A stretch of 47,966 nt of DNA, from NCBI RefSeq assembly GCF_001194135.2, contig NC_068998.1, positions 34,820,816-34,868,781 on the forward strand. The letters run 5' to 3'. Position 1 is the first letter of the stretch. Each line of letters opens with the position of its first letter. The position numbers and the translations under genes are program-made. The DNA is from Octopus bimaculoides (Eukaryota). A model generated the notes under the pieces. It searched no databases and was not told the origin of the DNA. It saw only the letters and a program-made list of their open reading frames with translations. This document shows, piece after piece, positions 37,066 through 47,966 of the stretch.

Positions 37066-38080
37066 CAAAGGCAGACTGTATGACGCATGTGTACGAACAG
37101 CCATGCTACATGGCAGTAAAACATGGGCCGTGACTACTGAGGATATGCGTAAGCTCACAAGAAATGAAGCCAGTATGCTCTCATAGATGTGTAATGTCAG
37201 TGTGCACACTTGCCAGAGGGTAAGTACCTTGAGAGAAAAGTTGGACCTAAGAAGCATCAGTTGTGGTGTGCAAGAGAGACGTTTGTGCTGGTATGGTCAT
37301 GTGGCGAGAATGGATGAGGATAGCTGTGTGAAAAAGTGCCACACCCTAGTGGTTGAGGGAACTTGTGGAAGAGGTAGACCCAGGAAAACCTGGGATGAGG
37401 GGGTGAAGCACGACCTTCGAACATTAGGCCTCAACGAGACAATGACTAGTGACCGAGACCTTTGGAAATATGCTGTGTGTAAAAAGACCCAGTAAGCCAA
37501 GTGAGTCCATAATCCATGACCTCTGCAAGGGGTGTAGCCAGCCCACTTATTCATACCTTTCCTTCATTGGACTCTAAACTCTGCTTGCAAAGACCTGTTG
37601 GGGTAAGTGAAATCGAAATTGTAATTGAACCAAATATGATAACTGGCACCCATGCCAGTGGAGCGCTAACAGCACCGTCCAAGCTTGATCATTGCCAGAG
37701 CAGCTGTCTGGCTTCCATGCCAGTGGCATATAAATAGCACCATTTGAGCGTGATCGTTACCAGCGTCGCCTTACTGGCACATAAAAAATCATTCGAGCAA
37801 GGTCATTGCCAGTGCCACTGGTCTGGCTCCTGTGCAGGTGGCACGCAAAAGACACCATTTGAGCGTGGCTGTTGCCAGTTCCGCCTTACTAGCTCTCATG
37901 CCAGTGACATGTAAACGCACCCACTACACTCTCGGAATGGTTGGCGTTAGGAAGGGCATCCAGCTGTAGAAACTCTGCCAGATCAGATTGGAGCCTGGTG
38001 TAGCCATCTGGTTCGCCAGTCCTCAGTCAGATCGTCCAACCTATGCTAGCATGGAAAGCAGACGTTAAACCATGATGATG
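37066..38080 (+). mobile_element. 5'-truncated RTE-clade LINE (ORF2 C-terminus plus 3'UTR ending in (ATG)n)
   Basis: KGRLYDACVRTAMLHGSKTW...RRLCWYGHVARMD...GRGRPRKTWDEGVKHDL with one in-frame stop at 37184-37186. Confidence 0.92.
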
Positions 38081-38115
<35 letters not shown>

Positions 38116-38220
38116 NNNNNNNNNNNNNNNNNNNNNNNNNNNNNNNNNNNNNNNNNNNNNNNNNNNNNNNNNNNNNNNNNNNNNNNNNNNNNNNNNNNNN
38201 NNNNNNNNNNNNNNNNNNNN

Positions 38221-38274
<54 letters not shown>

Positions 38275-38277
<3 letters not shown>

Positions 38278-38435
38278 TTTGTGTGTCTGTGTTTGTCCCC
38301 CCACCATCGCTTAACTACTGATGTTGGTGTGTCTACGTACCCATAACTTAGCGCTTTGGCCAAAGAGACTGATAACTACTAGGCTTACAAAGAATAAGTC
38401 CTGGGGTCAAACGACTGAAACAAATAAAAGGCTAA
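38275..38435 (+). mobile_element. SINE B module with internal deletion
   Basis: tgtgtttgtccccccaccatcgct...aagaataagtcctggggtc. Confidence 0.75.
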
Positions 38436-39285
38436 AAGAATATACATGTATATATATGCATTCACACACACGCACACATATATATAAATATGAATGTATA
38501 TATATATATATATGCCTATATATGTGTGAAAAGGTAATGATCCATTTATCCTTTACTTTGGCGGTTTCCAAAGGGGCAATTTCTAACAAAGATTCTTCAT
38601 ATTTAATTGATAGCTTACTGGCATAAGTTTTTTGTGAATATGAAATTATTACATGTATAAGGTATGAGATGAAAATTTATGGAAAGTTATCCATAGAAAC
38701 TCAATAGACTGTTACAGATGGAGAAGAGAAGATGTTAACATTTTTTAAAAAGTATCTTAATACATGCATATGATCATTTCGAACAGCAATATTAACATGT
38801 AAATAACATGGTAGAATAATTAGGAATTAATTAAATTAAATCAAATTAATTAATTACATATTACTGTTCTCCTCAGTGCAGAAAAAGAATGCATCAAAAA
38901 ATCATTATTATTGTTACAGAAGACTTGATGGAGGAAGAAGCAAATAACATATTCAGATATAAATATTTTATGCTTATGGAAGATCATGAGCATACTCAAA
39001 AAAAATAGTTGTTGAGTCTAATTGTGAAAGAACTAAAACTGATGTGGCTAACGGTTATATGCCTATATATATATATATATATNNNNNNNNNNNNNNNNNN
39101 NNNNNNNNNNNNNNNNNNNATAAGAGGGTTGATCACTAAGTGGACATCCATTATGCTAGAAGAAGACCACCTATGGTCTGACCACTAAGAAAAGATTCTC
39201 AAGAAAATTCAGCAAATGCCAGAACGTAAGCAAGCAAGACAAATGAAGAGATACAAAATATAAAAATTTTTTTTTATTTTAATCT

Positions 39286-39323
<38 letters not shown>

Positions 39324-40471
39324 CACATACACACACACATATAAGGGAATACCATTACAAAAATTTTTTTGAGTGCAAAAAGATTTGTTGGCTGCTATTT
39401 TTTGCATGCCCTGCTACCACGTAACAGGTATCTTGGGCCCTTTATTGCAAATAGCTGTTACAGAGCAGTAGAACGTGCTAGAAATAGCAGCCAAATCTTT
39501 TTGCATTCCAAAAATGTTTGTAATGGTAATCCCTTGGGACACTCTTTCACTTTGACTGTCATCCGGATCAGCTGGTTTTGTTTGTTATGATTCCCGTAAA
39601 AATTTTTTATTCATTTACTTTTGTTTTAAAGTGAAAGAGAGGAGTAAGTGAAAGATGTAGGAACGTGTATATGTAATGGACATACGTGTGTTTGTGTGTG
39701 TGAGAGAAAAAGAGTGTACCACTTACACATCACTCACTCACCCTCTCTTTCTCTCTCAGACACACACACATGCACAAATACATACAAAAAAGATGTACAC
39801 ACATGTATTGATGTATATACATAACAGCACACCCCTTCATTCCCTCTCCTTCTCTCTCTTTCTCTCTCTTTCTTTCTCTCATTCTTTCACACACACCTCC
39901 ATTTCATATACACATGCATACATCTTTCACTTTCGCCTGTATTTCACTTTAAAACAAAAGTAAATAGATAAACATTTTTTATGGAAATTAACAACTTGAA
40001 AATAATTTTTATAAAGCATTAAAATATTGTCTGTTTAAAGAAAGCTAAAACATAAATACTTACAGTACAAACGGCTTTATTTTTGAAATCACATTCAGTT
40101 AAAAATATTTCTAAATAATTAAAATACTGTGTATGATGTTTTTTTCTAAGAGAGCGCAAAGACTATGTGTGCGTATATGTCACAGATATCGGACATGTGT
40201 TTGTGTTAGTTGGCATGCCATGACATTCATTATATGTGTGTGTATTCTATATGTGTGTATGTGCGTTAACGTCATGGAAGCCATGTTTTATCATCAAGAA
40301 ATAACAAACAAAAATTGTGTTTACTCATTTACATTACTAAATAGAGGTCCAAATGTCACAAAAATTTGTACTGCACTGCCGAAGGTAAGCACGAAAATAT
40401 ATATACAAAAAAAAAATTATGATACATTATTCTATTTCTGAAATATTTTTGGGTACAAAATATATATATCA

Positions 40472-40530
<59 letters not shown>

Positions 40531-41448
40531 TGCATGCATATAATATATAAATTATATACCGACATGCATATGTATGTGCATATATATATATATATAAATA
40601 TATATATATATACACACACACATTCACACACATGCATACTTTTATTTTTTAATGCAAATATTCTTTGTTTTTCTACATAAATTATGTTTTTAAACACCTT
40701 TATTTTGATTTCATATCCTAATACATTTTACTGGATTGTTTTCAAAATAAGCTGAAATATCAAAGTGAAGAAAACATCTTTAAGGTATCAAACAGTTTGC
40801 AGTGAGTTTGCAAGATATCAAATTTTATCTAATTACTTCAGATAACAAGAGAGAAATAGATATTTTCACTATGGTGCATCACAGAAGCTGTCAAAGTAAA
40901 GTAAAAGATAAAATCTTAACAAAGAAGACAACAGACAGCCAGTTTAGACATTTGACCTTTTGTCTTATCTCTTTCTTTTGTCCTTCAGTTTCACCTTGTA
41001 TTATATAAATGTCTGTTGATATTCTTATTGTTGTTGATGTATGCCGTAGTTTTTTTTTTTTCTTGTTATCGTTACTGAAGAAGAAAAATAGTTTCAGTAA
41101 ACACTGGTGATGCAGAACTATGACAAAGGAGTAGTTGATTGAATGATTTTGAATGATTAAGTGTAGAACCCATGGGATTTCTTTCACAGATTTCTTCAAA
41201 GTTCAATCTGTTCTGTGACCTGTAATGCAGTCCATCATGCAAAGTTTATGAAGTGCAGCATGACAGACAGAGAGTGCCATGTCTTTTCTAACTATGTACC
41301 CTTTGATTGTGTATGATATAATTAGACTCTCTAGTGGTTGCTAGTGTTCACAGTAGCAGTAATAAAAATGGACTTTGCTGGTGCATAACAAGTCTCACAC
41401 AGAGCAAATCTTGAATTCAGTAATATTGATGACAAACTAAAGTTTAAA

Positions 41449-41487
<39 letters not shown>

Positions 41488-41507
41488 TCTCTCTCNNNNN
41501 NNNNNCT

Positions 41508-41563
<56 letters not shown>

Positions 41564-41803
41564 TTCATTTCATATCCAGATTTGGCTTCTGCAGCTTGTT
41601 GATTGGTGTGGTTATATGCCCTGATGATTGAGGATACCCTCTATCCACTGCATTTCCTGCCAGGCAGTGACAGTCAACTCAAACTTGGATTGCACAAGCA
41701 AAATGTAGACTTCTTAACCCACATGCAATACTAGTATATTGTTCTAAAAACAACCAATATAATATTGCATACATTACCATTATAATGTTTTAAACATTAT
41801 TAA

Positions 41804-42023
41804 CCCGTTAGTGTTTAAACTGGCCATATCCAGCCAAAATATTCTACCTGCTATATGTTCAAACCGGCCACATTTATCCTCTCACACTTACCCTACAATG
41901 TCATTTAAAAAATATACGTTCACATCATTGAAATCTTGAAGCTACAAGATAATGCTTGGTTAATTCAAAGCAATGTGAATAAATAAGCATTACATTTGAC
42001 AAAGTAATCTGAATGCTAAAGAG
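41804..42023 (+). mobile_element. piggyBac-type MITE with intact TTAA TSD
   Basis: TTAA (41800-41803) cccgttag...ctaaagag TTAA (42024-42027). Confidence 0.85.
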
Positions 42024-42699
42024 TTAATATAATAATTTAAATACTGCTGTTATAAAGTTTTAAGAAACTACCTGCATAATGACTTAGAATTACAAATATA
42101 CAGGTTGAAGCTCTACTATTATAACGTCCTAATCACTAGTGTTATAATGTCCTAAACACTACAATTTAATGGCCTAAACATCACCAATATACTGGCTTAA
42201 ATCTTCAAATACAATGGTGTAAACATTGCCAATATAGCAATTTCTTAAATTCAATGTTTTTAAGCTTCAGTTGTCAGTATGTGTAAAGCAATTATTTATC
42301 AAGTTCCTGTTTCCAGCGAGACTTCATTGACAATCCTTTCTCCTGTGTCTGGGTGGGATGAGCAAACTTGTAGCTGTCAAAGAGATTCACAATGTTTAGG
42401 TAACTTGTGTTATGATGAGTTTATCAATACTTGATTACTATCACTAATTTGACATCTAAACCAGAAGCTGTCTTCCTCTGTGCCAGTTTATAAAGATGAA
42501 AAAATAGTCAAAACTTTTCTTATATATTTGTTTGTGATATTCCTGTTGTGTTGCTATTTAGCCTTTGATCATCCCCGATACAATGGACCTACAATCAAAG
42601 ATGTCCCAATTGTCATTGTCTTGTCTGCTTCATAGGATAGATATCTCAGATTACACCCATTGAAATATCTATTTATGTACCCATTGTGAAACTCCCTTT

Positions 42700-42890
42700 T
42701 CAAGATGGTAGGGTGTGACTTGAGGGAGATTTGGTGGTGATGTCACCTTCCTTGAAATGTCTGAAACAGTTTTGTACCACACATTCGTTGATAGATCCTG
42801 GGCTTTCTGCATCATTAATTCCTTTCACCACTGCTCTTTTACCACAGGTAGTGTAAAATGGCTTTGATTGTAATTTTTCTCCACTCATTA
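42700..42890 (-). mobile_element. Mariner transposase N-terminal (HTH) fragment
   Basis: INDAESPGSINECVVQNCFRHFKEGD resembles mariner I....G..TV.ERTVQ.WF.RF..GD. Confidence 0.65.
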
Positions 42891-42929
42891 TCAGAGCTGC
42901 AAAATCAAAAATAAAGAATTAATGTTTGA

Positions 42930-43500
42930 GGGTCAACTGAAAAGTTTATAGGCTAATCAAGATATTCTTATAGAGGTTTATTTTTCAACATAGTCCTCCT
43001 TGCAGTCCACAAACTTTTTCCATTGGTGTTGAGGTGCTTGAATCTTATTGGTGAACAAGATTTCAGCCTGTTGCTCAAAAAAGTCAACAGCAGCTGTGGC
43101 ATCATCATCATCACTGCGATGGTGGTTCCCAACCAAGTGTTTTTCCTGTTGGAGAATAGATAACAGTCAGATGGATTTGAATCAGGAGAATAGGGAGGCT
43201 GATCAGCCTGTTCAAAGCCAGTCACTCACAGCAGCCATTGAAACCAAAGACTCCTACGTTGGAGCATTGTCCTGATAAAACAAGACCCCCTTTTATCAGT
43301 TTCTCTGAGCATTTGGTCTCAATAACTTTTTATAACTGCCTCTACAAGTTGGCGATGTACTCTCCATTGATGGTGTAGCCTTTTGAAAAAAGTAAATAAA
43401 TACAATGCCTTTTGCATCCCAAAAAACTGAGGTCGTCACCTTCCCTCAGATAGAACGACCTTGACCGTCTTTGGAGCAGGTGTGGAGGAGTGTTTCCAGA
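42930..43500 (-). mobile_element. Mariner transposase C-terminal fragment with TIR
   Basis: PPYSPDSNPSDCYLF motif; C-terminal W-K-x-V-D-x-x-x-D-Y-V-E-K-like end; TIR-like gagggtcaactgaaaagtttatagg near 42930-42955. Confidence 0.8.
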
Positions 43501-44029
43501 CTATGGACACTAGTTAGTCAACATTATTCTGTAAAGAGGATAGGGCTATGAATTTTTCATGACAGTGGATACTATCTTGGGCTACCTCCTTGATTTCAGA
43601 CCAAGAGGTCTTTTTAGAGTGTGATGAATCCAACCTCATTTCCTTTTCAGAATCTATTGATTGATTGATTGATTGATGGGAGTTTGATTCTTCAGTCACA
43701 CAGATTTCTGTTTGAAATTTTGTCTGGTCTGAGGGTGCTAGACCAGCAACTTTTTATTTTGGGGTAATCTGAAAGATCAGGTGTTCACACCCCTACTTCC
43801 ACATGACTTACAAGAAACATGTTTAACTCAATTGATCAGGCTGTGCTGGTATGGGTGTGCCAAGAACTAGACTATCATGTAGACATCTGCCATGTGGCAA
43901 AGAGCACCCACATTGAATGTCTTTAACTGTCAGTGGAAACTTGTAGAATTAACCTTCCCTGCTATGTCAGTGGGTGGGAGTGCAAAATTAGTAACCAAGT
44001 TAAAATGAGTGATTTATGATTTCTCATTA

Positions 44030-44650
44030 TTTTCTCCCTACCTGTTTGAAATTATTGTATTGCAAGTATGGCATCATCATTTTGTACTGTTGCATCATCT
44101 TTAGGAGTAAAATTTGGTCAAGATAGTTGTTGTTATTGAAGTTCAGAGAGTTTGAAAGATAGATGACAGGTACAAGAAATTTTTCCTCAACTTTGACCCA
44201 ATTGTTAATGAGCTTGCTAATATAATATCTGGATAATTTTTGGTTTTTAACAATCAATATTCCTTTCTCTGTTGGATTCCATGCCAATTTTTTTCCCATA
44301 TTAATGTCTAATTTGATAATTTTCAAGTTTCAAAAATGTTATTTAAAATGAAGTAAATTGAGTAACGACTAATTTCAATAATTTCTTCTCTTTGACTGCT
44401 TGATGTGTAAATATATCAGAAAGAGAGCAACTCCAGCAGACAGGGAAGAAGATATAGAGAATATTTCATGTTGAGCTTTTTGATTTAGCCAAGTTTCATT
44501 CATGTCAAATCATGTGCCATTTTTTTGATGATCCTCCTTCATTTGACCAGAGTTTTTTCAAATTTTTATACCATTTCTGATCGTTCTGATGTCTAAGGAT
44601 GGATATTGATGTGCATGAGTTTGTTTTCAAATGTAATGCTGGAGAACTCA
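44030..44650 (-). mobile_element. Decayed LINE APE-endonuclease fragment
   Basis: MNETWLN...AGVALFLI...LVPVIYL resemble ITETWL...GGVALYI...LIGVIYRPP. Confidence 0.45.
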
Positions 44651-44974
44651 AAAGTCAAAATTACCTTCTCTTGGCTTACTCATTTTGTCCCGTATAAATT
44701 TGTTTTTTATATTCTCAGAGAACAGTGATAATTTTCTGAAATAGTGTTAGGATATGTTATTGTGCTTGTAATGCATTTAGAGAAGGTCATTTTTCTCAGC
44801 TGATATAGTTCTTGTGAGGTAGTGAACATTTGTAAAGACTTTTTCTTTGAAGTCAAAAATGCAGTAAATATAATTCATTGTGCTCCACCCACCCTATTTT
44901 TGCAATATATTCTTTACGGCATTCACAGGTGTGTTTTTCTTGTACCCTTCATATGTATAGTATGTCTACATTCT

Positions 44975-45360
44975 TTCCTTTATTCTTTTACATGTTTCAA
45001 TCGTTTTACTGTGGCCATGCTGGAGCACCACTTTAAATGGTTTCAGTCGAACAAATTGACCCTAGGACTTATTTTTTGTAAGCCTAGTACTTATTTTATC
45101 GGTCTCTTTTGCTGAACTGCTAAGTTACAGGGACCAACGACTGTTGTCAAGCAATGGTGAGAGACAAATGCAGACACATACACATTCATATGTATACATA
45201 TATACAATGGGCTTGTTTCAGTTTCCATCGACCAAATCCATTCACAAGGCTTTGGTCAGCCCAAGGCTATAGTAGAAGACACTTTCCCAAAGTGCCACAC
45301 AGTGGGACTGAACCTGAAACCATGTGGTTGGAAAGCAAGCTTCTTACCATACAGCCATAT
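44975..45360 (-). mobile_element. Composite SINE (A+B), short internal microsatellite
   Basis: Same modules as the other copies. Confidence 0.85.
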
Positions 45361-45499
45361 ATATTATTTCTCTCTCTCTCTCTTTCTCTTTCTCTCTCTG
45401 TATGCATATATATTCACACACATACATACTCACACATACATGCATACACATACATACATATATACTCTTAACTGAACACATCAATAGATTTATAGTTTG

Positions 45500-46640
45500 A
45501 TATTTAAAGTCAATAAAACTGTTCAAAATATTTCAGTATTTTCCTTTCTGCAAGCTTACATGTTCTTACATGCTTTACATTTTCCTCTATTATATTCATA
45601 TTTATTCTTTATAGCTCTACAAATGGTCAGTTTTCATGCATCAGCAGATCTTAGTCATTCCCAATGCCCACTCATGACTAGTGATAGATAGTACCATTTT
45701 CCTTTGATTTTCTATCCATATTTCTCCCTAACATCCCATGCATCTTTTTTTTCCAACCGTGAAATATTTTCATTTCTATTCTTTTTCATCACTTTCACAC
45801 TTTCATATATTTTGCTTGAAATCATTGACTCTTTCATATACTTTGCACCCCAGTGTCTTGCTGGTTTTAGCTATTTTCATTTGTATTAGTTACTTGTTCT
45901 TGCATTGTCATTATAAATATTTCTGCATGTCCTTCTAGTTCTCCATATTCAGCAAAGGCTATAATTCATTTCCTCTCTCTTGATGTATCTTTACTTTGCT
46001 TGGCATACAACCATACTATGCCTCTTCTTTCAAGTCTCTCATCTTTCCTACTTTTTTTCTTTTTCACTTAATATCTTTTTTGCTCTGAAGATGTATTCAC
46101 CATCAAGACTTTTTTTGGCTACACATGTAAACTTTTTCCTCTCATACATTTCTAGTCCTATTATAGCTAACTGCATTGTGTCTGTTACACTGAATAATCT
46201 TTTGTCTCTCTTCTTTCTCCCACATACAATTTACCAACACTATTTCATGGATCTAATTCATTGTGATATATTCAGAAATTTTGATGCCCCTTTAAAGGTT
46301 GGGCTCCATCATGGCCTAAAACAAGATGGCTGAAGCAAACCAAAGAACTAAAAGCTATTAATTATATCAAATATGGTTTGCATCCACTAAAAGATTCTTT
46401 CATCAATATATAATAAGCTTCTTCTTGCTTATAATATCCTTTTGTATCATTTCAGCTTATCTGCTAATAGATGCTCCACTTCTATGTAGAAGTATCTTAT
46501 CTAATATCAACCTTCCCTGCAGCATTGTGCTTAAATCTATATGCCTCGGGTGCATTAAATATTTCTTAATGCATATTGAATAGCTGGAATGACACACCAT
46601 CATTTCAATAAATGGCTTAAATATACATCTATTTGCCACA
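45500..46640 (-). mobile_element. Probable very old LINE remnant (endonuclease end and linker)
   Basis: Purine-rich minus strand with weak ILD..IL and HxxI-type motifs; many stops. Confidence 0.3.
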
Positions 46641-46830
46641 AACACATATACACACACTTTTCCTTTCTTTCTTTGTTTCCTCTTGTTTTAAATTTTATTT
46701 CCCTATCATCATTACCAAGTGTGACATATTAAACTTATCAACTTTCTTCAAAATTTCTATGTTACAAACACTTATTATCTCAGAAGCTTGTATTATCTCC
46801 CACTCACACAAGGTTATATATATATATATG

Positions 46831-46888
<58 letters not shown>

Positions 46889-46934
46889 GACACACACACA
46901 CACACATATATACACACACACACACACACACATA

Positions 46935-47606
46935 TATTTTTAATTTTGCGCATGTACATTATTTGTTTTTGATTTTGTTGACAGTATAGTAGAGTTAGTC
47001 GGCACCATCTGGGAGACAAACACCATCATCACAAAATTCACTCTGTCAGAATTTTGGAGACGACATGCTGTACTGCTTGGCATTTGTGCCAGAAGCTCAG
47101 ATACGGACAAATGGCGAACACACAGAACAACCATTGGCTTGCCGTGTTTCCAAAACATGTACCAAGAGTGATAAAAATCAAACATCCAGTCGACATCATG
47201 TTATTTGGAGTGATCAACAGGACTCTGCACCATGGCACGCACATGGCTGTCAGACAATTTTTGTGACTACATCACCCCTAACATCTGGCCACCTAACTCC
47301 CCAGACTGCAACCCCCTTGATTATTATGTGTGGGGAACAGCTGAGTGAGAGAGCAATAAAAAACTCCTTGTAACACCAAAAATGAACTGAAGGCAAGGAT
47401 TATGGCAGCACTCACCAACTTAAACAAGAAGACCATCCCAAAAAGTTGCAGGAAATTCCAAAGTCATCTGGAAGCTGTGGCTGAAGCCAATGGCAATTTT
47501 ATTCAATAAATTTATTTGTTAGTATTTCAAGATATATTTATGTAAGTTTGGTAAATATGTCTGTTAAAATGAGATGTCAGAGATATTTTCATTTTTGCGT
47601 AATTTA
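46935..47606 (+). mobile_element. Internally deleted Tc1/mariner (maT/DD37D-like) element
   Basis: QQDSAPWH and, after a frameshift, WPPNSPDCNPLDYYVWG...ELKARIMAA...KFQSHLEAVAEANGNF; ends caccacaccccg|TA. Confidence 0.85.
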
Positions 47607-47624
47607 GATGATTCACCACACCCC

Positions 47625-47671
<47 letters not shown>

Positions 47672-47923
47672 CATATGTATATATAAATAGATATTTCATG
47701 CATCTCCTGTACTAAATAGGAGATATACATAGAAGGTAGCCACAATTTATACATACACAGGTAGATTGGTTAGTTGGCTGTTCTACAGATGTATATATAT
47801 ATATATGTTAACCCAACATATATATATATATATATATACATATATATACACATATCTATACATAGATATATACACATATATACATATATATTTAGACACA
47901 TATATATATACAAAGATACAAAC

Positions 47924-47966
<43 letters not shown>

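Larger units (their letters stand above)
20666..41505. other. Five assembly gaps: 20666-20706, 33408-33573, 38116-38220, 39083-39119, 41496-41505
   Basis: N runs; four lie next to microsatellites and one lies inside the ORF1-like gene. Confidence 0.98.

Noticed and set aside
40840-40895. Possible small + exon DNKREIDIFTMVHHRSCQ
   Set aside because: Weak donor and no supporting homology; such sites are expected by chance in 48 kb
42285-42400. Possible minus-strand terminal exon YKFAHPTQTQEKGLSMKSRWKQELDK*
   Set aside because: An acceptor-like site exists, but the peptide is unrecognised and no upstream exons are identifiable
44027-44326. 99-codon stop-free minus ORF ending at a good CAG|GTAGGG donor
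   Set aside because: No convincing acceptor, and the upstream frames show APE-endonuclease motifs, so a LINE remnant is more likely; a host exon cannot be fully excluded without RNA-seq
2014-47754. Dozens of ORFs rich in YI/HT/CV/YLSI or poly-His/Asp
   Set aside because: Translations of (TA)n, (CA)n, (CTAT)n and (CAT)n microsatellites, which lack stop codons
1-47966. CRISPR arrays, rRNA, prokaryote-style operons
   Set aside because: No regularly spaced repeat-spacer array or rRNA sequence; the DNA is eukaryotic and repeat-dominated

Overview
AT-rich, microsatellite-dense animal DNA with five N-gaps. The SINE, RTE and MITE families look like those of Octopus; this is inferred from recall, not from a database search. 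I can support no host protein-coding exon. Nearly all ORFs in the supplied track are microsatellite artefacts or antisense shadows of transposons. The window is a record of nested mobile elements: tRNA-derived SINEs, RTE and CR1 LINE remnants, Penelope-like (PLE) GIY-YIG remnants, Tc1/mariner fragments, and piggyBac- and hAT-type MITEs. The most notable structure is a 3.5-kb outward-facing inverted PLE unit (32322-35868). It contains a candidate minimal hammerhead ribozyme, an ORF1/gag-only retroelement with a 207-codon open frame and no RT, and a TSD-flanked tRNA-Thr-like insertion enclosed in its own extended stem. Several other long inverted repeats occur, including one perfect 132-bp palindrome. 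Element boundaries are read by eye and are approximate unless exact motifs are quoted.
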